From the NCBI GenBank assembly GCA_041640655.1, contig JBEPZV010000007.1, positions 1 to 64,000 on the forward strand: DNA of 64,000 nucleotides. Reading direction: 5' to 3'. The notes beneath the pieces were generated by a model. The model searched no databases and was not told the origin of the DNA. It saw nothing but the letters and a program-made list of their open reading frames with translations. Source of the stretch: a bacterium (lineage in GTDB: Bacteria; Acidobacteriota; Blastocatellia; HR10). Position numbers and translations under genes: made by a program. Below are positions 29,363-37,649 of the stretch, piece after piece (position 1 is the stretch's first letter; each line of letters starts with the position of its first letter).

Positions 29363-31246
29363 ATGACGGCGACACTCACGGAACTCCGCGAAGTGGCCCA
29401 ACGTCTCCGACGCAACTGTGTGCGTATGACGACCGAAGCGGGATCCGGTCATCCGACCTCCTGCCTCTCGGCGGCCGATCTGATCGCCGCCGTGTTCTTC
29501 CGCGCGCTGCGCTATGACGTGCGCCATATTCACCATCCCACGAACGATCGGTTCATCCTCTCCAAAGGGCATGCGGCGCCGCTGCTCTATGCGGTCTGGG
29601 CGGAGGCCGGGGCCATTCCGGCCGAGCGACTCATGACGCTCCGGCGCGTTGAGAGCGAGTTGGAGGGGCATCCGACGCCCCGCTTCCCATGGGCGGAAGT
29701 CGCCACGGGATCGCTCGGTCAGGGCCTCTCGATCGGCGTGGGCATGGCCCTGGCGGGGAAGTATCTCGATCGGCTCGATTATCGCGTCTACGTCCTGCTG
29801 GGGGATGGCGAGACGGCGGAAGGAGCCGTCTGGGAAGCTGTCGCTCTGGCCGCCTACTACCGCCTCAACAACCTCATCGCCCTTGTGGACGTCAATCGCC
29901 TTGGCCAAAGCCAGGCGACCATGTACGGTCACGATCTCGACTCATACGAGCGGCGGTTTCGCGCTTTCGGCTGGCACGCGATCTCGATAGATGGACACGA
30001 TCTGGAGCAGATCGTCCGCGCACTGGATGATGCGCGGCGCAGTGAGGAGCGTCCGGTCGCCATCATCGCCCGGACGGTGAAAGGGAAGGGCGTCTCCTTC
30101 CTGGAGGATAAAGAGGGATGGCATGGGAAGCCGCTGAGACGCGGTGAGGAGACCGAACGGGCACTGCGGGACCTCGGCGTTCCAGAGCACTGGCCGATCG
30201 GGGAGATCGAACCACCGGCAGGACTCCAACTGCTCTCCCCTCCCCCTCTTCCCGATGGAGCGAGCGCGGTCCAATCCTCTGCACCGAACGACCTCTGGCC
30301 GCTCCCCGCCTATCGCCTCGGCGATCAGGTGGCGACGCGCGAAGCCTATGGAACGGGACTCGTACGCGCGGGCCGGATGAATCCCCGCATCGTCGCCCTC
30401 GATGGGGACACGAAGAATTCCACGTTCTCGGAGAAATTCCAGCAGGCCTATCCTCACCGGTTCTTCGAGAAGTTCATCGCCGAGCAGAACATGGTGGGCG
30501 CGGCCATCGGGCTGGCCGCGCGCGGCTATATCCCCTTCGTCTCCACCTTCGCCTGCTTCCTCACCCGCGCATTTGATCACATTCGAATGGCCGGCATCTC
30601 GCGCGCGAACATCAAACTCTGTGGCTCGCACGCCGGAGTCTCCATCGGTGAAGATGGCCCCTCGCAGATGGGGCTCGAAGACCTGGCCATGATGCGCGCC
30701 ATCCCGGGATCGGTCGTCCTCTATCCCTCCGACGCCGTCTCGACCGAGCGGGCGGTGGAGCTGGCTGCCGCTCATCACGGCATCGTCTACATTCGAACGA
30801 CGCGACCGAAGACGCCCGTGCTCTATCCGAATGAAGAACCGTTCGCCATCGGCCAATGCAAGATCCTGAGGCAGGACCCGCGAGATCGGCTCACACTCGT
30901 AGCCGCCGGCATCACGCTTCATGAAGCGTTGCGGGCCTACGAGGAGCTGAAGAACCAGGGGATCTCCGTCCGCGTCATTGACCTCTTCTCGGTCAAGCCT
31001 CTGGATCGCGAGACCCTGTGCCGCGCCGCTCGCGACACGGGAGGAATCATCCTGACGGTGGAGGATCATTACCCGGAGGGGGGATTGGGCGATGCCGTTG
31101 CTTCGGCCCTCTCCGAAGATGGCCTGCGCGTCGTGAAACTGGCCGTGACTGATCTCCCGCGCTCGGGCAAGCCGGAAGAGCTTCTCGATCGCTATGGCAT
31201 CAGCGCCCGCCGGATCGTTGAGCGCGCGCGCGAACTCATCGGGTGA
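29363..31246 (+). CDS. tkt: Transketolase
   Basis: GSGHPTS, SKGHAAP, TGSLGQG, ThDP motif GDGE...N, IAEQNM and GEDGPSQM. Confidence 0.96.
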   Translation: MTATLTELREVAQRLRRNCVRMTTEAGSGHPTSCLSAADLIAAVFFRALRYDVRHIHHPTNDRFILSKGHAAPLLYAVWAEAGAIPAERLMTLRRVESELEGHPTPRFPWAEVATGSLGQGLSIGVGMALAGKYLDRLDYRVYVLLGDGETAEGAVWEAVALAAYYRLNNLIALVDVNRLGQSQATMYGHDLDSYERRFRAFGWHAISIDGHDLEQIVRALDDARRSEERPVAIIARTVKGKGVSFLEDKEGWHGKPLRRGEETERALRDLGVPEHWPIGEIEPPAGLQLLSPPPLPDGASAVQSSAPNDLWPLPAYRLGDQVATREAYGTGLVRAGRMNPRIVALDGDTKNSTFSEKFQQAYPHRFFEKFIAEQNMVGAAIGLAARGYIPFVSTFACFLTRAFDHIRMAGISRANIKLCGSHAGVSIGEDGPSQMGLEDLAMMRAIPGSVVLYPSDAVSTERAVELAAAHHGIVYIRTTRPKTPVLYPNEEPFAIGQCKILRQDPRDRLTLVAAGITLHEALRAYEELKNQGISVRVIDLFSVKPLDRETLCRAARDTGGIILTVEDHYPEGGLGDAVASALSEDGLRVVKLAVTDLPRSGKPEELLDRYGISARRIVERARELIG

Positions 31247-31326
31247 GAGCGCACAAGTGGCGCGAGCACCGTCCTGCGCTCCGGGAGCCCTTCACGCGGT
31301 TCTCGAAGGCATCCTCCAAGAGCGCA

Positions 31327-31359
31327 CGCTTTGAAAAGCGCGCATCAGGGCGGTACACT
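31327..31359 (+). promoter_or_regulatory. sigma70 promoter with an overlapping palindromic operator
   Basis: TTGAAA(31331)-17 nt-TACACT; the inverted repeat CGCTTT-GA-AAAGCG covers the -35. Confidence 0.6.
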
Positions 31360-31379
31360 GAATGTGGGAGGAGGGGGCC

Positions 31380-31619
31380 ATGAAGCGAGATCTCGCCAAA
31401 GAGTTTGGCCAAGCCTTGCGCCAGTTGCGTCAGGCGCGCCGGTTCACGCAAGAGGCCCTGAGCGAGCGCGCGGAGATCTCCGTCGAATACCTCAGCCGGA
31501 TCGAGCGCGGACTTCCCAAATCGCCGCCCTCCTGGAACGTCCTCGAACGACTCGCGCGAGCACTCGGCATCATCGTCGAGAAGCACGACACGAGCTGGAC
31601 GATCAAGCTCGCCGCCTGA
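31380..31619 (+). CDS. XRE family HTH transcriptional regulator
   Basis: FGQALRQLRQARRFTQEALSERAEISVEYLSRIERG; SD GGAGGAGG. Confidence 0.9.
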   Translation: MKRDLAKEFGQALRQLRQARRFTQEALSERAEISVEYLSRIERGLPKSPPSWNVLERLARALGIIVEKHDTSWTIKLAA

Positions 31620-31771
31620 CGCCGGAGCGCGCAGGCCGAAAGCGAAGCTCCTGAGGTGATGAGGACTTCATTTTCCTCACACCGCCCCTGCGATCGGCGA
31701 GCGCGCACGATGCTCAGCAGCTTTGCGCACGAACCTCGGCGCCCACGGAGACGCTCACAACATCCGACCGA

Positions 31772-32185
31772 CTATGCGAACGGTGACAGGGTCCTCCCCG
31801 TCTGCGACGGAACGTCCGGCGATCGCCTCTGCCGACGATTGAGGACACGGTGAACTTCTGTGAGGAACTCTGTCGGATCACTCGATTTCAAGACGTAGCT
31901 CTCGGCCAACCACGTGGTGTAATCATCCTGGAAGGATGTGTAGGCCGTGAGGATGATGACAGGGACATGCGCAGGATGGCTCGCGATCTGCTGCAGCAGC
32001 TCCAGCCCATTGCATGTCCCCAGCCGAATATCGAGGATGACGAGATCAGGCCTCTCAACGTCCAGGAGCCTCAAAGCATCCGGCCCCGAAGGCGCCTCGA
32101 CGACCTCATGCCCCTCATCGGCTAAGACGGCGGAATAAAACAGGCGAATACTGGGCTCATCATCCACGAGCAGAATTCTCGCCAT
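31772..32185 (-). CDS. Stand-alone response regulator receiver domain
   Basis: ILLVDDE, DLVILDI (phospho-Asp), IILTAY and YVLKS; SD AAAGGAG. Confidence 0.92.
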   Translation of the reverse strand: MARILLVDDEPSIRLFYSAVLADEGHEVVEAPSGPDALRLLDVERPDLVILDIRLGTCNGLELLQQIASHPAHVPVIILTAYTSFQDDYTTWLAESYVLKSSDPTEFLTEVHRVLNRRQRRSPDVPSQTGRTLSPFA

Positions 32186-32287
32186 GGCCACTCTCCTTTC
32201 CTCACACGACCGGCCCTGATGCCGCTGCCCCCTTCAGCAGCGCACCGGACCGGATCAGGGGATGAGCCCACTCCGCGATCGGAGGCG

Positions 32288-32491
32288 CTAGACCGAATAC
32301 CGCCTCAATTGCTCCGCCTCTTCAAGAAGCTGCTCGAGGCGAGAGACCAAGGAATGAGTCTCCACCGAATCTTCGCACTCCTGCATGAGCCGACGTGCAA
32401 GCCGCAGGATCTCCTCATGCACTTCATCCCACCGGGCCCATCGTTCGCTCTCGCTCTCAAACTCCCATCCCCCATTGAGATCGCCTCTCAT
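32288..32491 (-). CDS. Small acidic helical hypothetical protein (67 aa)
   Basis: Strong SD GGAGGAGG before ATG 32491; amphipathic helices; lies upstream of the receiver gene on the same strand. Confidence 0.6.
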   Translation of the reverse strand: MRGDLNGGWEFESESERWARWDEVHEEILRLARRLMQECEDSVETHSLVSRLEQLLEEAEQLRRYSV

Positions 32492-32599
32492 TGTTCGTCC
32501 TCCTCCCATCGGCGATCTCCTATCGAGCGAGACCTCCACACGAGCGACCGCATGGAGTCCCTAAAACCGCCAGGCAGTTTACCACATCTCGAAGGGCGA

Positions 32600-32624
32600 G
32601 GACAGGACCTAATAGGTCGGGTCC
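32600..32624. promoter_or_regulatory. Palindromic transcription-factor site
   Basis: GGAC-ag-GACCTA-A-TAGGTC-gg-GTCC, upstream of a minus-strand extended -10 TGgTAAACT (32577-32585). Confidence 0.5.
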
Positions 32625-32762
32625 AGAAGCGCGCGTCGCGATGCCTCGCACGCCAGCCGCGCGGTGACGACTGCCTCAACAGGCGCGTATGGAGCTGCAC
32701 GCCATGTGCTCCCGATGCTCCATTGACGGGATCTGGGACGGGAGAGAATAATCTCCACGGTT

Positions 32763-33251
32763 GTGAGCACGTCGCTCTATCAGCAGCTTCTGGACAAGGC
32801 CTTCCGGCTTCTGGCGCGCAAGGCGCGGAGCGCGGCCGAGCTGCGCGCCAAGCTCTTGGAGAAAGCGCCTGGGGAGGAGGCGCTCGTCGAGCGCGTCCTC
32901 GCTCGCGTGCGTGAGCTCGGCTACCTGAACGATGAACAATTGGCGAGTGATTATGCCACGGCACGGCTGCAACTCAAGCCCATGGGTCGGCGACGGCTTC
33001 GGGAAGAGCTGCGTCGAAGACTCCTTCCGGAGGACGCGATTGAGTCGGCTCTCGATCAGGCCTATGGGCAAACGGATGAAGACAGCTTGATCGCGCGCGC
33101 CGTCGGCAAATGGGTGCGCATGAGAGGGACGCCGCGAACAAAGGCCGATGTGAAACGCCTCTTCGATCACCTGGTGCGACTCGGTTTCGACTATGAGCGC
33201 ATCCGCCGCGTGGTGCGAGAGGTCTCCCGGGTCCGCTGGGACGAGGAATGA
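32763..33251 (+). CDS. recX: Regulatory protein RecX
   Basis: AFRLLARKARSAAELRAKL, GYLNDEQLA, GRRRLREELRRR and LVRLGF. Confidence 0.88.
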   Translation: MSTSLYQQLLDKAFRLLARKARSAAELRAKLLEKAPGEEALVERVLARVRELGYLNDEQLASDYATARLQLKPMGRRRLREELRRRLLPEDAIESALDQAYGQTDEDSLIARAVGKWVRMRGTPRTKADVKRLFDHLVRLGFDYERIRRVVREVSRVRWDEE

Positions 33252-33287
33252 GGATGCGCCGATGGCGTCCCGTCCCCCCGCAGCGGG

Positions 33288-33968
33288 TCAGAACTGCACC
33301 TGTGGGACGCGCGTCGCTTCCGGTGCGGCTTTGAAGTAATCCTCCGCGCGCTCGAAGCCGAAGAGGCGCGCGACGAGGACCGAGGGGAATCGAGAGGTCG
33401 CGATGTTGTACTCCTGAACGGCCTGAATGTAATCCCGGCGCGCGACGGCGATGCGATTCTCGCTTCCGGCCAATTCGTCCATCAACCGCTGAAAGGTCTC
33501 ACTGGAGCGCAATTCGGGATATTGCTCGGCGAGCGAGAGCACTTGCACGCGCAATTGCGGCAGAAGCGCCTCGATCTGCGCGTTCGCCTGGACGCGCTCC
33601 TGCGGCGTCGCATCGGGTGCGAGCAACTTGGCCCGCGCCTCCGCGATTCGTGTGAAGACCTCCACCTCTTGTTTTGTGATCCCACGGACCGTATTCACCA
33701 GATTCGGGATCAGATCGGCGCGCCGTTGCATCTGATTCTCCACCTGTGACCACCGACTGCGCACAGCCTCACGCTTGGCGACCAGGCTGTTATAGGTCGA
33801 GACGGAGTAGCCGCCGAAGAGGAGGATCAGCGCGCCCAGGATAACGCCCCCAAGGAGCATGCGTCGTCGCCTCTGCTGGCGCGCTCGCGCGAGCTGCTCC
33901 TGTTCGCGGAGGTAGACGTGACGAAACTCCTCTCGCGCTCCCGATCCCGGTTCCAACCATTCGCTCAT
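33288..33968 (-). CDS. lemA: LemA family protein
   Basis: YNSLV, WSQVENQMQRRADLIPNLV, EQYPELRS, ENRIAVARRDY and FPSVLVA. Confidence 0.93.
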   Translation of the reverse strand: MSEWLEPGSGAREEFRHVYLREQEQLARARQQRRRRMLLGGVILGALILLFGGYSVSTYNSLVAKREAVRSRWSQVENQMQRRADLIPNLVNTVRGITKQEVEVFTRIAEARAKLLAPDATPQERVQANAQIEALLPQLRVQVLSLAEQYPELRSSETFQRLMDELAGSENRIAVARRDYIQAVQEYNIATSRFPSVLVARLFGFERAEDYFKAAPEATRVPQVQF

Positions 33969-34684
33969 AGCTTCTCCTCCAGATGATCCACGCGCTCGAC
34001 GACCGCTTGAATGGCGCCCAGGTACGCGGCGAAGAGCCGCTCAGCCTCATCAAGCGGAAGCGCACGTTTGGCCTCCCGAAGGTTCAGGACCGCCCGAAAC
34101 GGCGCCACATCGAGCGCGAGCACATCGCCCAACCGCTCGACGATCTCTCGCCGCTTCAGGGGAGGTTCGGAGAGGCCGAAAAGTCGAAGGGCGTGTCGGA
34201 AGAGGACCGTGAAGCTCGCGATCGAATCGGTCATGAGTGCCATCACCCGCTCGGCGCTCTGACTCGCCGGGATATACAACTCCCGCAGCCGAATGAGCTT
34301 GCCGCGCAGCTCATATTCGAGCTGATGGCGCAGGTGAAGCGTCGGCACGTCCAATCCCGCGAAAGGATCCTCTCCGTAGAGAACGCGATGCGCCGCGCTC
34401 ATGTCGAGGAACTCCATCGGAAAGACGTCCACCGCATCGGCGATCTCCTCCCGCGTGAAATAGAGCGGCAGCGGGTGTCCGCGCGCCTGCCACTCTTCGA
34501 CCACGGGACGCGCGGCTCGAAGATCCGCCGGCGTGATCGTCTCCAAAACGACCAGGACGTTGTAGTTCGAGCGCTCTGGATCGAAATCGCCCGTGACGAC
34601 TGACCCATAGAGCACGATCGAGAGGAGCCGCGATCCGTGCGCTTCTTTCAATCCCTCGACGAGCCTCGTCAGGTCATCCGCCAT
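33965..34684 (-). CDS. Nucleotidyltransferase-fold protein with degenerate DxD and a helical C-terminal domain
   Basis: SIVLYGSVVTGDFDPERSNYNVLVVL and DVFPMEFLDM; ATGA overlap with lemA. Confidence 0.8.
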   Translation of the reverse strand: MADDLTRLVEGLKEAHGSRLLSIVLYGSVVTGDFDPERSNYNVLVVLETITPADLRAARPVVEEWQARGHPLPLYFTREEIADAVDVFPMEFLDMSAAHRVLYGEDPFAGLDVPTLHLRHQLEYELRGKLIRLRELYIPASQSAERVMALMTDSIASFTVLFRHALRLFGLSEPPLKRREIVERLGDVLALDVAPFRAVLNLREAKRALPLDEAERLFAAYLGAIQAVVERVDHLEEKL

Positions 34685-34699
34685 GACACGCCGCTCCAC

Positions 34700-35554
34700 T
34701 CACCAACTCCCGCTCGCTCCCCCGCCGCCGAAAGATCCTCCACCGAAGCCGCCGAAGCCTCCTCCACGAAATCCTCCCCACCCGTGCGAGCTTCCTCCGA
34801 TATGGCCACCGAATCCTCCCGATCCCCCGCCGCTGAAGATGATGGGATACCAAAGCCAATCCGAATCTCGATAGGGCCCCGAGCGCATGGCTCGTCCCCC
34901 TCGCCGCCTCCCTGTGCCCGTCGTCGCCGCCAGAACGAAAGCGAGAATGAAAAGCAGCACCAGCAGGATCACGAGGCCCATTCCCACAGCCGGAGCCGAT
35001 CGCCGCTCCGGAGCATACGCGAGCGAAGCATCCACCTCTTCGATCGTCACCCCTCGCTTCTTGGCGAGCGTGGCGACGATCGTTTGCAGACCCAACTCCA
35101 GCCCTTCGCCGTACTTCCCCTCTCGAAAATAGGGGACCATGCGCCGGCCGACCTCCCCGACCAAGCCATCGGGCAATTCCCCTTCCAGTCCATATCCGAC
35201 TTCGATGCGCCATTTCCGCTCATTCGGGGCGACGAGGATGAGCAAGCCCGTGTCCTCCCCCTTTCGACCGATCCCCCATCGGCGCGCCAGCTCGATCGAG
35301 TACTCCTCAATGGGCCGATCGCCGAGCGAGGGGACGGTCACCACGGCGATCTCCACGCCCAGTTTCGAACGCACTCGGCGAATGAGCGCCTCCATGCGCG
35401 ATTGGCTCTCCGCCGCGAGGACGCCCGCGAAGTCGTTGACATAGCCCCGAGGAGCAGGAAAATCCTCACCCCGCGCGACGTGGCCGATCGCGAAGCCGAG
35501 GAGCGCAAGTGCGCAGATCGCCCGACGTATGGTCGCGCCTATACCTCGCATCAT
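34700..35554 (-). CDS. TPM domain protein (YgcG-like)
   Basis: YVNDFAGVL, WGIGRKGEDTG, RIEVGYGLEGELPD, a TM helix and the Gly-rich tail GGFGGGSFGGGGASGSW. Confidence 0.93.
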   Translation of the reverse strand: MMRGIGATIRRAICALALLGFAIGHVARGEDFPAPRGYVNDFAGVLAAESQSRMEALIRRVRSKLGVEIAVVTVPSLGDRPIEEYSIELARRWGIGRKGEDTGLLILVAPNERKWRIEVGYGLEGELPDGLVGEVGRRMVPYFREGKYGEGLELGLQTIVATLAKKRGVTIEEVDASLAYAPERRSAPAVGMGLVILLVLLFILAFVLAATTGTGRRRGGRAMRSGPYRDSDWLWYPIIFSGGGSGGFGGHIGGSSHGWGGFRGGGFGGFGGGSFGGGGASGSW

Positions 35555-35661
35555 GCCCATAGCTTACCAGACCTCCTCCTGATACGCCAACGGTATGGGT
35601 CCCCGCTGGGACAGTCGGCAACACTGCACCCGCCCATCTATCCTCCATGCTCCACTCATTG

Positions 35662-36390
35662 TTACGACAGCTGACGCAGCAGACGCGCCAACGCCTCTCG
35701 CGGGTGCGCGCTCTCCAGGATCGGGCGGCCAATGACGAGATAATCGGCCCCGGCCCCTAGAGCTTCCTCCGGCGTCGCGCGACGCTGCTGATCATGGACG
35801 GAAGCACCGGCTGGGCGAATTCCCGGGACCACGATCGCGAACTCGCGGTCCGGGATGGCCGCGCGAATGCGCCGGATCTCCCGCGCGGAGGCCACGACCC
35901 CTCCGACTCCACACGCGTGGGCCAGGTGCGCCAGGGCGACGGCGATCTCTTCAAGTTCGGCTCGCACGCCCACTCTCGCCAGATCTTCAGCTCCCAGACT
36001 CGTCAAAACCGTCACGGCGAGGATACGCGGCCGAGCGATCCCCTCGCGCGCGCAGAAATCCGTGACGGCTTCGACGACGGCTCGCATCATCGCTTCCCCC
36101 CCAAGGGCATGAATGGTGAACATGCGGACGCCCAGACGCGCCGCTTCGACCCCCGCGCGAGCGACCACGGTCGGAATGTCGTGGAACTTGAGATCCAGGA
36201 ACACGCGCTCCCCCCGCCGGACGAGCTCGCGCACCAAATCCGGCCCAACGGCCGTGAACAGCTGGCTTCCGACCTTATACGCTCCGACCAGACCGCAGGT
36301 CTGCTCGACGATCCGCAGAGCCTGCTCAGCTGTGGGGACATCGAGCGCCAGAATCAGCCGATCCCTCAGCTCCGGTTTCTCGCCAGTCAT
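35662..36390 (-). CDS. pyrF: Orotidine-5'-phosphate decarboxylase
   Basis: LILALD, FLDLKFHDIPTVV, VTVLTS, VPGIRP and VIGRPI. Confidence 0.96.
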   Translation of the reverse strand: MTGEKPELRDRLILALDVPTAEQALRIVEQTCGLVGAYKVGSQLFTAVGPDLVRELVRRGERVFLDLKFHDIPTVVARAGVEAARLGVRMFTIHALGGEAMMRAVVEAVTDFCAREGIARPRILAVTVLTSLGAEDLARVGVRAELEEIAVALAHLAHACGVGGVVASAREIRRIRAAIPDREFAIVVPGIRPAGASVHDQQRRATPEEALGAGADYLVIGRPILESAHPREALARLLRQLS

Positions 36391-36438
36391 CGGCTTCTCC
36401 TCCCGCGCGAAGATGGCCAAGCGCGCTCACCTCGCGCC

Positions 36439-37617
36439 TCATCGGTTTTCGACCCGGCGGAGAATCCGCCGAATCCCCTCCTGGAACACCTCGGGAGGCG
36501 GGAGCAGGCTGAGGACGAAATATCCCTCCCCCTCGAAGTCGAAGAAATATCCGGGATGCACGAGGACGCCCTCTTGCTCCAGCAGTTCGATGGCGAAGGC
36601 CTCGTCATCGCGCACATCGGGCAGGTGCAAGATCGCATACCATCCCCCCTCGGCGTCCAGGTATCGGCAGCCGCTCGATCGTCCGACACGCTGACGCAGA
36701 TACTCTCGATTCGCCCTCACGCGCTCCCTGATCCGCCCACGGAGCCCCTCCCGCACGCGCATCCACTGGGGGAGGGCCCGCGCGACCGGTGTGCTCACGG
36801 AGAGATAAGTATCGCCGATGATCTCCAGTCGAAGGAGCGCCTCGCGCACCATCGCCTCGGGGCCGGTGACGCCAATCCACGCGAGCTTCATCTGCGGCAG
36901 CCCAAGCAGCTTCGAGACACCGCCGAGGACGAAGACCAGCACGTCCACCCCCTCCTCCCGAAGGAGCGTTCCGACCCGCTCCGCGTCTTCCGCATAGGCG
37001 TAATCCAGAAAGACCTCGTCGCTGATCACGACCACTCCCTGCTTCGCGCAGCACGCGAGAATCTGCTCCCACTCGCTCCGCTTCACAAACGAACCGGTCG
37101 GATTGTTCGGGTTCACTAAGACGACGGCGCGCGTCCTCGGCCCGAGAGCGGCGCGCACGCTCTCGACATCAATGCCCCACCGGCCACCGTACACCAACCG
37201 GTAGGCGTCCAGCTCGACGTCGTTCAAATCGGCGAGGAATCCGAAGAGCGGATAGCTCGGCCTGGGGACGAGGACACGATCCCCTGGATCGGCGAGCAAT
37301 CGAAAGAGGAACGTATACGCCTCGCTCGTGCTCGCCGTCAGAATGAGGCGATCCGGATCCGCACGCGCGCCCTGCTCGGCATAGTACTGCGCGATCGCCT
37401 CGCGGGCCGATCGCAGACCCTGAGGCGCGGGTTCATATCGCAGATTCTCTGAGGAGAGAAAGGGCGTCAGGATCACGTCGCGCGGATACTCGAAGGCGCA
37501 CCGGGTGGGATTGGATTCCGTCAGGTCCAGGATGGGCTCGCCGCGCTCGCGTCGCTCGCGCACGCGACGCGTCAGCTCGTTCACCGCCGTCGGCCATTGG
37601 GTCCGTCGAGCGAACAT
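36439..37617 (-). CDS. PLP-dependent aminotransferase class I/II
   Basis: DLTESNPT, NPNNPTG, SDEVF and SKLLGLPQMKLAW. Confidence 0.92.
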   Translation of the reverse strand: MFARRTQWPTAVNELTRRVRERRERGEPILDLTESNPTRCAFEYPRDVILTPFLSSENLRYEPAPQGLRSAREAIAQYYAEQGARADPDRLILTASTSEAYTFLFRLLADPGDRVLVPRPSYPLFGFLADLNDVELDAYRLVYGGRWGIDVESVRAALGPRTRAVVLVNPNNPTGSFVKRSEWEQILACCAKQGVVVISDEVFLDYAYAEDAERVGTLLREEGVDVLVFVLGGVSKLLGLPQMKLAWIGVTGPEAMVREALLRLEIIGDTYLSVSTPVARALPQWMRVREGLRGRIRERVRANREYLRQRVGRSSGCRYLDAEGGWYAILHLPDVRDDEAFAIELLEQEGVLVHPGYFFDFEGEGYFVLSLLPPPEVFQEGIRRILRRVENR

Positions 37618-37649
37618 CGGCTTTTCAGCATACCGCAGTTTCGCGCATT

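Noticed and set aside
31247..32762. Prophage or defence-island remnant around the XRE gene
   Set aside because: No mobile or defence genes, flanking repeats or evident compositional shift.
34700..34840. Short GGC/GGA-type repeats
   Set aside because: They encode the normal Gly-rich tail of TPM proteins and are not a DNA repeat element.
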